Below, piece by piece: positions 45,601 to 58,542 of a stretch of 64,000 nt of DNA; position 1 is the first letter of the stretch; every line of letters begins with the position of its first letter. The position numbers were made by a program, and so were the translations under genes. The stretch spans positions 62,001-126,000 of the forward strand of contig DF237060.1 of assembly GCA_000708835.1 (NCBI GenBank), read 5' to 3'. This stretch comes from Klebsormidium nitens (Eukaryota; Plantae; Klebsormidiophyceae). Under the pieces are notes generated by a model. It was not told the origin of the DNA. It ran no database searches and saw only the letters and a program-made list of their open reading frames with translations.

Positions 45601-47254
45601 CACATTCTACGCAAAAAAAGTCCGGCGAACATCAGATACGAATCTCGTAGGCCGGCCAAGCAGAAAAAGTGGGACTACTTTCTGCTCATGCTGAGAGAGG
45701 ACGAATGAGGAGAGTATAGGGTTAAGCAGCGGAAGAACAGGAGGGGAGAGAAAAGAGCAGCAGCATCTGCAACATTTAGATACCCGGAAGCTCCATTGGC
45801 GAACAATAGGCCAAATAATAGCCCAGAGCAGTGACTAAACACAATCAGTCCAAGAGGTCGCCTGCCCTCCCCTGATATATATAACACCACAGCAATGAGA
45901 CATCTGTGTTGCGACGTGGCTGCAAACGAACCAACAAATCTGTGGCCGCCGCTGACATTAGCAGTACTCTAACTTCCTAAAGCTCAAATAGAGTTTGCAC
46001 GCTGTCAAAGCCTGATATCCAGTGTTCATAAAAGGATGTGGGGCCCCAAGATTGAGCGGACTTTGGGGAAGCTTGCCAGAACGTTCCAAATGTCAACCCA
46101 CTGCCAGCCGCCTTCGCCGGGCGTCCTGTACGGCACCCTCGGAGTGCCAATCGGCATCATAGTGACGGGACCTTTTCTGCTGCCTCCGCTTCGAGCGCTG
46201 CACAGAAGGTGGACAAAGAAAGATTGAGCTGACTTTTGTTGAAGACTAAGTTTGCTTGATCGAGTTGGTCGGAGAAAAGTACGGCCTGCTAAAAGCGGCG
46301 AGTCAGAAATCTAAGAAGCAGAGCCCGAGATCAACTGGGCCACCACCACCATCAACCAAAGATACATGAAGCTGCTGACTGCAAGTCTCAGCTGCGCATC
46401 GATGCCCACTCACCTTGCATGGACGGCAGTCTGCACAGTCTGGTGCAGCTTGCCGTTCAAGTCTTCGCAGGGGCGCCCAACCACACCTGCTCAGAGGACA
46501 GTAGTCAGACTATCCGTACACATATCAAGAACCATAACAAATGGCAATAACTGGAGTACAGTGACAAAGATGCCTACTACTAAGGCCCACTGTTTGTTCT
46601 GGTCTTGTGTACTTCAAGGTGGGTGTCGAAAAGGGGCGTCGTAACGGGGAACCACCTAAGACTGCCCTCTCACTACGCCAGGGGATGCAGGTTCAGGCAC
46701 AGCAGTTTCACACAACATGGCAGGGGGAGCCAATATGGGGCTGCTGACGCTGAGATTCAAACCCACCTGCTGCAGAGCTGCGCAATCCTGCAAATCCAGG
46801 CACCACCAAAGCGCTCGCAGATGGCCGCCTCCTGTAACAAATGAATCGCAGGTGCAAATGGTCACCATTTTGCTCAACTTTTTCACCCCCTGCCTCGGCC
46901 GCAGGTAAATGTTTGAACTCCTCCAGGATACAGGACCAGGACAATCAAGCACCTCTCACTACCAACATGAGAAGTACCTCAACCGGAGGTAAACTCCGGT
47001 TTCTGTTTGAACCTGAAAAGTTGAGCATCGCCTCGAACTCCTTCTCCGGCTGCCAAAACAACCATCAGTCCCAGCGAGAGGTGCACATGCAAAGCGCGGT
47101 TCCTGCCCTGCGTTGGAAAGGCGCACCTTGCTCGCTGGTGCGTGGCTGAGCACTCCGCAACGGGCCTGCGCATCTCGCAAGCGTCTCCCGAGAGCACCCG
47201 CGCTGTTCCCACCACCTTCGCGCACCGGAGCATTCCAAGCGAGCTCGCCGCCAT
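42637..47254 (-). CDS. CLPR2: Chloroplast Clp protease subunit ClpR2-like (259 aa)
   Basis: Exons 47254-47127 (tentative), 46197-46077, 44069-43818, 43142-42978 and 42750-42637. Sequence [28 protein letters not shown]|[32 protein letters not shown]...DLSRVKYL matches plant ClpR2. Intron 2 has a GC donor. Confidence 0.88.
44152..45089 (-). repeat. Seven decaying copies of the ClpR2 exon-3 acceptor junction (AG plus about 55 nt of exon)
   Basis: Echo exon starts at 44208, 44339, 44493, 44642, 44798, 44945 and about 45086 (true exon start 44069). They translate [98 protein letters not shown], and a decayed seventh. Confidence 0.92.
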
Positions 47255-48017
47255 TCTCCCCTTCCTGTTGTGGTGATAAAAGTTCTGTATGAACCCCGCG
47301 ACCGGATTAATCGAGAATGCAGAGCCTAGACTCTAGAGATGCTGAAAGTGTGACTGTTACAGTCACTGTGACAGCGTCCAACACCTGCCCTCTTCAGGGT
47401 TCGAGTTCAATGACATTAGCCACCCATCAAAAGCAGAGGCAAAGCGAACACCAAGTTATATTCGCTTAACCTAGGTTCGAGAAGGTTTTCCCTCCTACAA
47501 CCGCTAGAACGGTTAAGTTTGCCGCTATATAACGTAATCCAGCCTCACACCCTCTATAGGGTAGGTTAGTGTCATCGGTTACGCGTGCGGTTACATACCC
47601 CAGCTAAGCTTAACCACGTCTGCAGGATCACATGTAGATACATCTAAACAAGCTTGTTCTCACTTTGCTTTAGTTCTGGCTTTGGCAGGTTTGAAGCGCC
47701 CCATGTTGCCTTTGAAAGCATCCTTTCAATCTTTCAAAGTTGCGCAGAAGATCAATCTATGTAGTTCATCGTCCACGCAGCCTCGGTGCACAAAAGCCGA
47801 TTGGAGACATTTCTAAGCCGGATTGAATCACCGGTTGACTCCTTTGAGTTGCTGAGTAATCAGCAAGTTAGACAACTTTCAACAGGAGCAATTGCTGGAG
47901 CTCCACGTTGATCACAGCCCAGAGTTTCAAGCTGAAAAGAGTTAGAGGGAGGGGAAGTGCAAAAGGAAAGCTGCATTGAAAGCCCGGGCAGGATTGCGAT
48001 TCCTTGATCCCGCAAAG

Positions 48018-51000
48018 ATGGTGAGCTTTCTTGGTTCTTCTCGCCAGATGCTACACCAGCTCTTCTTAGCTGTAATGAGGTTCTTATCTTTAGCTGTAAT
48101 GAGGTTCTTATCTGATTGCGTTCAGCCTTGTTTCCTACTCATTTGAGAATCCTCTTGGGGGCTTTGCTTACAGTTTGACAATCCTCTCATCAATTTCGCT
48201 GGCTTGACATGGGCAGCCTTGACATATTGGTCTTTTTGGGACTCAATCTTTGACACATGATAGTAGTCAAGACAAATCCTGGAGGCCAGGAAGTCTGACC
48301 AGCAAAGGCACCCTAATGCTCAATCAGAGCTCGAGTGGTGATACAGAAGGTTGCTTAGCACACGAAAGACAGAGAATGGCCGGTACGCTTTGTGAGCCTA
48401 GTCGTCTGCACTGGCGATGGACTCAAATGCACCACTCAGGCTTTTGACATCGGAGATCCTCAATGTCATCTCAATCACGTTCCCGAAGCCTGGATCAACT
48501 CATTTTAAATCAGATGACTCCTTGACTAACCGGTGTCTACAACCTCTTCCAGAACTACCTGATCGGCCTTGCTGGGCCCCCCTGCACTGTGAATATAACG
48601 TTTGCGGACGGGGACACGCGGAAGACTACCACCGTGAAGAAGGAGAACGGCACCACCGAGCTGGTGGCGCTCTTTTCAGGGCAGGAGACGGTCGCCGGCG
48701 AGGTAAGCTGCTCTTTAAGAACTTCTTAGTCTTTCTTTGATAAATACCCAGAACAGGTTAATTTGTTTTACTGGAGTTTTCACGGTTTCAGAAGCAGGTG
48801 CAGTGGGCTTCGATCGCAGCGTTGGAGCATTTGGCTGAAAAGTCAAATTAGCACTTGGGTCGACACTTCTGTAGTGAGGCACCTTACTCATCTATTGGTG
48901 TTTTCGATGGGCACTTTGCAGACTATGGTGATTGTTGCTTTGCAATTGTCTTCTTACACTTGGGCTTGAAGAAGCATGAGTTGTTTGGCAGTGACAAGTT
49001 TGCTTGCCAAACCATTGGCCGCAGAGTTCAAAGTATTTCACAAGCTGCATAAAACCGTCCGCCAATCTGAGCTTGCAGCACTGGCACGGTCGGGCCAAGC
49101 TGGGGCAACATTCTCGTAAACTAGATCCCGATAGGAAGAGTTACTACATAAAGTCTCCGAAGCAACCATAATGGGCTCATCCTTGCAACAGAAGGTGTCG
49201 TCCAGGAATGTGACTTTGTACGCCTCACCATTGCCTCGCAGTTGCCCCGCCTTTTGCCTTTAAACAAAGAGACTGGGCCCTTTTGGAATCTGTGCTGTAA
49301 GGACGTGGCCAACATGAATGAGCTGAATGAGCTGCTGTGCCAAACAGCCATCTATTTCACCTCCATTTTCCACTGACAATCTCAGCTGTGGCTTTTGTCA
49401 AAAAATGAGTCTCCGCATGGAAGGAGAGTCGAGCACATGCGGCTACCAATGAGCGCTCGAGGTCGACTCGAGTCTCTTCAAAGCCAGTTCCTGCTACCTT
49501 TTTGGTCCTATTCTCGAGATGCAGCTCGACCTTGATCGAGGAAAAGAAGGGCACTCGAATCGAGGTTGAACTTGGGAAAACTGAGTTCCTTATGCGTTCC
49601 ACGACACAGATCCTCTGATGAATCGCGATTGAACCCTAAAACCCTAAAACCCTAAACCCTAAAACCCTAAAAGTCAACCCCCTGCCTGGGAACGAAATCA
49701 AGCACCCGGGTAATAAGATCTAGCTGTCGGGATCTGAACCGAGAATGCACTCCTTTCCCTACTCAGGAGCAAAAGCTCCTACCCGGGGATCCGGGATCTC
49801 ACCCCCGTTTCGGCCTCATGCAAACCAACCCGGTGCCCTGCAGGAAGGTCGAGCACACGGGCATCAAAGATTGAGCTGCTGGGAGTGATCAGGCTCTACT
49901 TATCGCAGTCATCACAGAACCATGTGTTCCCATCCTCGAGTGTAGATATTTCCTGCCTGGCGGATCCGGGATCTCACGCCTGTTTCGCCCCCCGGCTTTT
50001 TAGGTGCAAATTGACCCCCTCCCCGGCAAGAAGGTCGAGCACACGGGCATTATTATCGAGCTTCTGAACCAGATCAAGCTCTTACTTCAGACCATATCTT
50101 AGGTACATTGCTCCTCCTCCGAGCTACCGGGTTCTAATCGTTCCCCCCCTCCCAATCTCCAGGTGCAAATCGACCCCCTGCCCGGAAAGAAGGTGGAGCA
50201 CACGGGCATCAAGATCGAGCTGCTGGGCCAGATCGAGCTCTACTTCGACCGCGGCAACTTTTACGACTTCACGTCGCTCGTGCGCGAGCTCGACGTGCCG
50301 GGCGAGATCAAGGACCGCAAGACGTTCGGCTTCGAGTTCTCCAACGTCGAGATGCAGTACGAATCGTACAACGGGGTCAACGTGCGCCTGCGGTATATCC
50401 TCAAGGTCACGATCAGCCGGAGCTACGCGGCCAACATCGTCAAGGAGAAGGACTTTTGGGTGAGGCGCGCGTTCTCGGAAAATGCGTTTTGTCAGTCATT
50501 CCTGCGCTTTGTAGATCAATTGGGTTCATATATCCCGGCGCATGCAGATGAGAAGGAATTTCGGGATGAGGGCGCGCTTGCTCGCCTTCCACTGCCATGT
50601 ATCGTTTGAAAATTATATTTGTTAACTGGCTATCTATTTCTTTCTTTTTTCTTTTTTTGAGAGTACGAGGTAGTTTTCTGTACGTAGTGATTGTGAAGCC
50701 GTCTGATGTGGAGAGCATGAACACGCCAAAGATATGTCTATAGAAGGATTAGCCAAGGGGAAGAAGATCGTGAGAAAGCGTGCGATACGCTACTGCGCTT
50801 TCTGGAAACGTGGCCTGAATTGAGAGAATTGTGCGCACGTGCGCACAAGGCTATTGCTCTGGGAGCTTGCGTACGGAAGTGATCGGGTCAGTCGTTGAGG
50901 TGACAAATTCTCACTCTTTGGTTTCAATACTCAATAAGAAGGACTTTGGGGTGAGGGGCTCGTAAGCAGCTCGTCGCCTGAGGTGATTTTCGTGACATAT

Positions 51001-53461
51001 GATGTTGCACCTGTTCAAGCCTGCCCGAGTCAGTACTGCGAAGAGGTACATCGTGCGTTGCATGGCGTCGGTGCTTCGAGGTTCCCGTTTTTCTTCTTCG
51101 AAGCAAGCAATCCGTATCATGCTTCAGGGAAATGCCACGCAAGGGCATTGACAGACAACCGTGCATAATATTTGGCTTGACTTCTCTTTTAGGTGCGCAA
51201 CATGTCGCCGCCGCCCGAGATCAACAACAGCATCAAAATGGAGGTCGGGATCGAGGACTGCCTGCACATCGAGTTTGAGTACAGCAAAGCCAAGTGAGCG
51301 CTCCCGAACGCCTTCTTAATCCCAAGTGGAGGCCTCCAAACGTCGATGTTGCTTTCAGCAAAATTGAGTCAATCCTCGAATGTTCATGGATAATACGGCA
51401 TACTGAGTTTGAGTACAGCATAACCAAGTGAGCGCTCCCAAGTGGTCTCTCTTCTAAGTCTCTAAATCCATCTGGAGAGTCTTCAAACGTTTCTGTAATA
51501 GGCAACAAACCTAAAGGCTTTCGAATGTTCGTTAAATAACACCGCAGCCTGGCTGTGGTCGCACATCAGGGGCTGTGAGTGTGTCAAACCCAGCGCGCAT
51601 TTGAAAGGTTGGACGCCCCCTTCTCTCTCATCATCGAAGTGATGTGGGGCATCCAGCATGCAGCAGATTGGATAGTGCCACTTATTTGAAGCTTTGATAG
51701 CTTATTGAACCAAAGTCAAACCCAGACGCAGCGAACCCCAAACTTGAAAACTCCAGAGCCGAACCGAGCGGAAGTCAGAACCCAACAGCTCATTCTGCGG
51801 ATAGATCACCTAAACGACGTGATAGGGGAGCAATTTGTTTCCTTGCTGGTGCGAATGGAAGTAGACTCAAATCGTTCAAACGCGAATCCAACCGCAGACG
51901 ACGAATCTGACCACACCTACCTCAACCCTACCACTTGCGCCTGCACATGTATCACCTGGAGGCTGTGATTGTGCGCATAAGCTGTTTCTTGCTGGTATGT
52001 GACAGAGATTTTACGTTACATTTGGGGGGGGGACAACGCATAACGCCTTCACAATCTGGATTCATATGAAATTTAACCCTTACTCTCGCGTAGTACCACC
52101 TGAACGACGTGATTGTCGGCAAAATCTAATTCTTGCTGGCACGTGATACGTTTTAAGCTATCGTGGAAGTGTATGCAAATCGCTTTCAACTGCAACGCAA
52201 CCTTATGTCGATTTCAAACCTTACTCCCCTGCAAGTACCACCTGAAGGACGTGATCGTGGGCAAAATCTACTTCTTGCTGGTGCGGATAAAGACCATTCC
52301 AGGAATCATCTTAACGCGAACGAGGAACCATCTCAACACGAACCCGACCGCAAATCGCTATTCCGACTGTAATCTAGTTTAATCGTAGTTCTTACTCTCG
52401 TGCAGGTACCACCTGAAGGACGTGATCGTGGGCAAAATTTACTTCTTGCTGGTGCGAATAAAGATCAAGCACATGGAGCTCGAGATCCGGCGGCGAGAGT
52501 CCACCGGCTCAGGGCCCAACACGTACAACGAGAGCGAGACGCTCGCCAAGTACGAGATCATGGACGGCGCGCCCGTCAGAGGTGGGCGCTTATGGGAGTA
52601 AACGTCCGCAGCGGAGTCGAAGAGTTTATATCAGAGATGTTTTTTAAGTCGGTTTGCTGATTACTCCGACTGGTGGCGCAAATCTGGCTCGCACGAAGTC
52701 AAAGGTGGAGTGGTACTGAAAGGGGTACTCGTTCATATTGGTTCTTCCTTTCAAAGTATATCAAAGTCCCCGATCGGAAAGCGGAGCGCTCACCGGGTGC
52801 GGCCTGCTGCCATTATGATTGAAAGTGTTGTCGCTGTGTCACTCAAAATGACCGCTTCAAAGGATTTTCGATGAGAAAGCGACAGGGTCATGTGGATACG
52901 AGCTCACTGGACACCTGTGCTCGTGTCGATACCGGTTGCTGATCGGGAGTAATGAAATTCTGTGGCAGATGATGCTTCTAAATATGTTTTGGTCAAAAGA
53001 ATTGGCGCGGGTGACACGCACTTCAGCTCTGCTTTTAAGGTGTCGAAGCCATCATTGGCCTCCAACTTCTGATGGAGAGGTTACATCCCATCCGGTGGGC
53101 GCACACATGGCAATTTCGCAGATTGATTTGAGCTGACGTGGCCGTCAACCGGGCTGTGCCTTGTATTCGACGTCTGATGGAGACTTCACGTTTCGATCGA
53201 GGACAGATGGGTCATGTAGCTTGGCGATCTGCGCTGACGAACCGTCGTCCGAACTTTTGTCGAAACCAATTGAAAGGTTCTGTTTGTGCAGGCGAGTCCA
53301 TCCCCATCCGATTGTTCCTCAGCCCCTACGACCTCACGCCCACGTACCGCAACATCAACAACAAGTTCAGCGTCAAATACTACATCAACCTAGTTCTCGT
53401 GGACGAGGAGGAGCGACGGTACTTCAAGCAGCAGGAGATCACGATGCTCCGGTTAGAATGA
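48018..53461 (+). CDS. VPS26: Retromer subunit VPS26 (298 aa)
   Basis: Exons 48018-48020, 48553-48702, 50163-50459, 51193-51293, 52406-52581 and 53292-53461, phase-consistent. Contains KKVEHTGIKIELLGQIELYFDRGN, IKMEVGIEDCLHIEFEY and KFSVKYYINLVLVDEEERRYFKQQEI. Confidence 0.95.
49398..50090 (+). repeat. Five decaying copies of the VPS26 exon-3 acceptor junction
   Basis: Copies of GTGCAAATCGACCCCCTG...GAGCACACGGGCATCAAGATCGAGCTG with equivalent starts at 50004, 49818, about 49667, 49519 and about 49398 (true start 50163). The two farthest are weak. Confidence 0.85.
49634..49672. repeat. Interstitial telomere-type tract (CCCTAAAA)n / (TTTTAGGG)n
   Basis: Five units: CCCTAAAA x2, CCCTAAA, CCCTAAAA x2. 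Confidence 0.9.
50545..50965 (+). repeat. Copies of the VPS26 exon-3 donor junction
   Basis: GAGAAGGAATTTCGGGATGAGGGCGCGC (near 50550) and AAGAAGGACTTTGGGGTGAGG (near 50935) vs true GAGAAGGACTTTTGG|GTGAGGCGCGCG. Confidence 0.65.
51399..51490 (+). repeat. Copy of the VPS26 exon-4 donor junction
   Basis: GAGTTTGAGTACAGCATAACCAA|GTGAGCGCTCCC vs true GAGTTTGAGTACAGCAAAGCCAA|GTGAGCGCTCCC, 134 nt downstream. Confidence 0.9.
51803..52300 (+). repeat. Four decaying copies of the VPS26 exon-5 acceptor junction
   Basis: GTACCACCTGAAGGACGTGATCGTGGGCAAAAT...TTCTTGCTGG copies at 52235, 52093, 51949 and about 51803 (true start 52406). Spacings 171, 142, 144 and 146 nt. Confidence 0.9.
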
Positions 53462-54625
53462 CAGGACAATTTCGCTGAGTAGCGTTGCTTTTCTGCATGG
53501 AACGTTGTGTGGGTTCAGAGTGTACAGAATAAAGTGCAGGGTGACACAAACGACTCAGCAATACTCGTGGTCGCAACTTCGGTTTGAAGCTTCACTTGTG
53601 TCGGCTCGGATATGATGCATGATGCATCCGAACATAGGCGCAAGAAGTATAAGCGTGTCATGTCGCACACTGATATATGGCACATATCAGTGTATCATAT
53701 ATGGCACGCAATCGTATTTGTGGCTGGGCCGCCTTCTAGACGGCATGGATTACCAACCTAAAATCGCGATGCATGACCGACTTATAGTACGTAGCTAGGT
53801 ACGTCATGCAATAAACCTAGCCTAGCTACGTATACCTTTATGCCAATATGTCATGGCGGCAGGCGCGGCCGCCAACATATACGCCGTGCCGGTGCAATAC
53901 ACAAGCTGTCTGTGCTTAACATACTGCAACATGGCGCCACTGCATTGCAGCGCACGACAGATCATACATATTGCTAAGTTTATAATTAACCCGATACAAT
54001 CATTGACTGCACAAGCGCACCAGTGCACGTCCACCCTTGCGCTCCAAGTGTTCATATGCTGTATGGAATGACCATGCAGATCTTCAGAACTTGTTACATT
54101 TCGTGATATGTCAATGGTATGCGAACAAACAAGCTGAGCCGAGAGCAATCCTAGCGCTGCAAGGTCTACACTGCCCGGGTATCACGCTTTGCGCTCAAGC
54201 TTACTGCTGGCCTACTGTTGCGCTCAAGCCTTTATGCCATTGGTAGCAGGTGCGCTATGTTGCTGCTCGTAATCTTTTCTAGGAGAAGGGCGACGCGCTG
54301 CAAAGCGACATTCCTACCTTATCTAGGACTATCTTTAAGGGGCCAACAAAGCAAGCAACTCCTGAAACAAGACCTCAGCTCGTGTCTCGCAGGATGGCTT
54401 TAGGAACTACTGTAGTCAATTGTCCATTTCCAACTTTTTGACGTTCTCACAGTCCTCACAGAAGTCGAGCTCCAGTAAAACAAACGTCTGCCCACCATAT
54501 CACCATGCACCGTCAAAGTAAGCAACACCAACACTGAACCGGAAGCGACTCGCTCCTTAAACGCAAGAACAGTTCACCAAAACGACACGCACTTCTCAAC
54601 TTGGTTACGTGCATCTAGAGCAGGC

Positions 54626-57600
54626 CTAAAGGATCACGCAGCAGCCCTTGACTGGGGTCGGCCCATCCGCATCCTCGCCTGTCGGCCTGGCTCCCACGCG
54701 CTCATCCCTGCCTTCCTCAGCGGGCTGCCCAGTGGCAGCAGGCACAGCCCCCACAGACGCCGGCGCGCTTTTCTCCGCTGCTACCCCGCCATTCGCATCT
54801 CCGTTCGTTGCCACGTGTCCATTTGCTGCCATGTGGCTCGCTGCGGCTTTGTCCACGGACTCTACCGGCCCCGTCTTTGCAACATCGCTAGACGCCGATG
54901 TCTCAAGTGCAACCGAATCATCGGGTGTTCCGTTCACGTTCTGTGCAACACGTGCCAGAACGTTCTCTACGCCTGTTTTCGCGGTAAGCTTCACAGCTGA
55001 TCCCGCAGCAGCCGACGGTGGCGCGGGGTCTGCACACTTTGCGCTCTTTCTCGCGGCTTCCTCCTCGATTGCCGCCCTCTCAAACGCGTGTCTCTCCTCA
55101 GTCCCCTTCTCCTCAGCGATGCTGATTTCAGCCACGTGCACTGCCCCTACGTCTGTCCCCACCTGGGGTTCCGGCGTCGGCGCTCTTTCCGAACCCTTTG
55201 CGCTGTTTCGCACGGCTTCTTCCTCGATGGGAGAGCTCTCAAACGCGAGCTTCTCCTCTCTCGCCCTCTCCGCAGTTTGCGCGGCAGCCGCTTTCATCTC
55301 CGTTTCCGCCTTCGCCTTCTTTTCCGCATCCTCTTTCGCACTCGCTTCAGCAGCCCTCTTTGCAGCGGCCTCCCGTTCCGCTTTCTCTTCGGCTTCCCGT
55401 CTCGCCTTCTCCTCTTGCGTTTTCTTCGCTGCCGCCTCTCTCTCCCCCCGAGCTTTTTCCTCGGCTTCCCTCTTCGCCTTCTCGTCGGCTGCGACCCTCG
55501 CAGCTTCCGCCTCAGCTTCTTTTCGCGCTTTCTCCTCCGCAGCTTTCTTCATCTCAGCCTCGTTCTCCGCCCTTTTCCTCTCTTCTCTCGCCTTCTCTTC
55601 GGCAGCCTTCCTCTCTGCCTCCTCCCTCTCGACCCTCGCTTTTTCCTCCGCAGCTTTGGCGGCTGCCTCCCTTTCCGCCCTTGCTTTCTCCTCTGCTGCA
55701 ATTCTTGCAGCCCGTTCCTCCTCTTCTCGCTTCGCTTTCTCTTCCGCTTCCCTCTTCAGCGCCGCCTCGTGTGCAGCCCTCTCCTCTTCTTCCTTCATTG
55801 CTCTTTCCCTCTCCTGCTTCTCAGCCAACTCTTTCTCGGCCGCCTCTCTAGCAGCCGCCTCCGCTTCCTTCTTCTCCTCTGCTTCTTTCCGCGCCGTCTC
55901 CTCACTCGCCAGCTTCTCCTTTGCTTCCTTTTCCTTCTTCACACTTTCGGCCCTTTCTAGTTTCAGCTTCTCCATACGCTCTTTCAGCTCCTCGCGCTTC
56001 TGAGAGCTTGCCCCAACGTCGCCCTTCTCCAACTTCGGCTTCACAGCGCTGACATCAGCAGCCCCCACACGCACCTCGCTCGTGCCAGTGGCCCCAGCCA
56101 GCCAACTAGCAGCAGCCTCTCCTCCCTCCATCATGGTCGTCTTTTTCTTCCTCTCCGACTTGCTTTTGGTCAGCGTGGCTTCGCTGGCACTTGAACCGGA
56201 CCCACTTACACCAGCGCTGGGCCCACTCACACCAGAGGCCTCCTCAGGGGACGGTGACTTTCCAAACGTCTTTTCGACCGCGTCCTGGAGGGCCTGCCCA
56301 GCCCGCTTCTGCTGCGCGGTAGGGGGGAGTCCGGAAGAGGCGGCCCCCTGGGAAGAAGAACCCCCCAGAATGGAAGGGCGGGCCTCGACCTCCAGCTCGG
56401 TGTCGCTGTTGTCGACAGAGCCTGCGGGAATCACAATTCTTCGGTTCCACATTAAGGAGTTGAGATTTTCTGGGAAAAAGCACAAAGCCAGGGAAATCAG
56501 CACGCAGGATAGAAAAGGAATCTCGAGCCCTCACTGGCCTCTTGACCAATAAGTTTCAGGTCTTTTAAAACGTGATACACAGTTGCTCCATATGCCACAA
56601 GAGCACAAGAGACTTTTCGTAGGAGTCTGGTTCGTCCAGAACCACCTGCCGATAATGCTCTAGACCCCTGTCCTGAAACACAATCGATCAAGAGTGAAAA
56701 TGAGAAGACAGTGCATCACGAGGTTATCCTTAAGTGGCTTGCATCCAGGCGAAACAACACCTTGTGAACCAGTATTCGATCCTTGTAGATGTGTCAACAA
56801 GGCCCCAGAAACTTTGTGAATGCAATATCCATCTGCCAGGTGATTCGGCTGAGCCTATGATGCCTGAAAGAAGTGATGGTCAATGACCATATATTTCAGT
56901 ATCATACGAGCGCTTGACCTTACGGGCATAACAATATTGTGCGTTTTTTATCGTCCGCCAGTGGCAACATAAGGTACAAAGGTATTTGAGGCGAAAAGTA
57001 AAAGGTGACCACGGCACCTTCAAAGCCATCCGGTTCTGAAAGACCCGATTGGTTCGCGATGAGGAGCATAACAAGGGCTCCAAATATATACCAGAATTTA
57101 CATGACTGATCCTGGTGCAACTTCTTAAAAGTGGCATTGCCTTCAGTCCACCTTTTCGAAACAGACGCATTGACTTCTTTCGGCTGCACTTCAGTCCTTG
57201 CGTGAAGCAAAGTCTCAACATTTCTTGTGAACCCTCCTCTCTACAGCACAGCCAAGTCGTTAAAGCTGAGAGAGGGAACCAAGAAAAAGACAACATAGGG
57301 CACGACGCGCTCTCAGATTATATACTGCACATTGTTGTCCCTGGAGCTCCTCAAAACCATGGCTCCTAAGGTTCTACACATGACTGCCTTGCTCTTCCTG
57401 GAGTAGGAGTCTTCACTAGCCGGAGAATGCTCACAGGCTTGTCTACATGACACTCTGGTAAGGGTTTTCAAATTGACCTACTCTATGAGCCTCACAGACT
57501 CATGTCAGGAGCGCTCCCTTAGTCGAGGTCAGTAGATGAACAAAACAACAGTGAAATGTGAGCACTCACCACCAACAGAGTTTTGCCCGCTTACAGTCCC

Positions 57601-57678
57601 TGGTGTAGTTGACTGGCTCCCATCCTTCCGCTTGGAGCTCTTGCTCTTTCTCTTCTTGGTCGGCTTTTGGAACCCCAT
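54626..57678 (-). CDS. 634-aa protein with polybasic N-terminus, long E/A/K/R-rich charged helix and C-terminal CaaX (GCCVIL)
   Basis: Exon 1 is 57678-57570 (MGFQKPTKKRKSKSSKRKDG...NSVG, GTGAGT donor, phase 1). Exon 2 is 56421-54626. The central region of about 250 aa is made of EEKARxE / AAEE repeats. Confidence 0.8.
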
Positions 57679-58542
57679 CTTGGAAAATCCTTAGCTCTTT
57701 CAAGGCGAAAGCTCTGACGTGTGGCAGAAACAAATGGTGCAGACCGCCTGCGCCACACTCGGTGTTGTTTGGCTGAACTGAACTGGAACCAGAAAAGGTC
57801 TGTCACTGTCTGAAGGAAGGATGGTCACTGACGCCCCAGTGCTTTTGGGAAAGGTCGCTTTCTTCTTGCCTGCGAAGACTCGTGAGTGCAAGAGAAACCA
57901 GTCCTGTGCATTTGCTGACGTCTACATCCTGTACCCAGAGCTGCACACATGGGTATAGGTATATGACAACAGAAGAAGTTTTCTGCGAAGGGGGGGACTG
58001 TGAGACTCCTCTTTATCCGAACGACTCCCCCCCGCAAAAGCAGGTTCCATGAAGGGCTGTATAACTTCGAAAGTTTTGCCGCAGTTTTCGATGCTCTGGG
58101 AGGTTTTATCGACGGTGGGGAAGGCCTTTCTGAGCACACAAACATTTCAATCGACGGTCGAGAGGCCAGAAAAACGACACCAGCGACTGACATCAGCACT
58201 GCAGACTGCAGTGCGCGTCGTAAGTTCCTCGGGCGCGGCATTCGAGCGAAGGACACCGCCATCTTTGCGGTCGGTGGCAGTCGGTGGCCACGCGAAAATG
58301 GCAGCCCGCATTGGACAAACAATGACAACGTTGGAGCACCAATAGACACAAAGCTGCAGAGCTGGGAAAGCCTTTGAAAGGCGCCTCTGAACGCTGTCCA
58401 ACGTTTCTCGTTGTTGGCTGCAATGGAAACTGGTGGCCCACGGCTACGTTGATGGAATTATGTCATGGCCCAGCATTGTCAGGAACAACTTGGCCACCAG
58501 GCGATTCCTACATGAAGAATTCCCTGAGCACACCTTCTGAGA

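Noticed and set aside
54648-56003. Long plus-strand ORFs (451, 290, 217 aa) rich in S, A, F, L and P
   Set aside because: Antisense shadows of the repetitive E/A/K/R-coding minus-strand exon.
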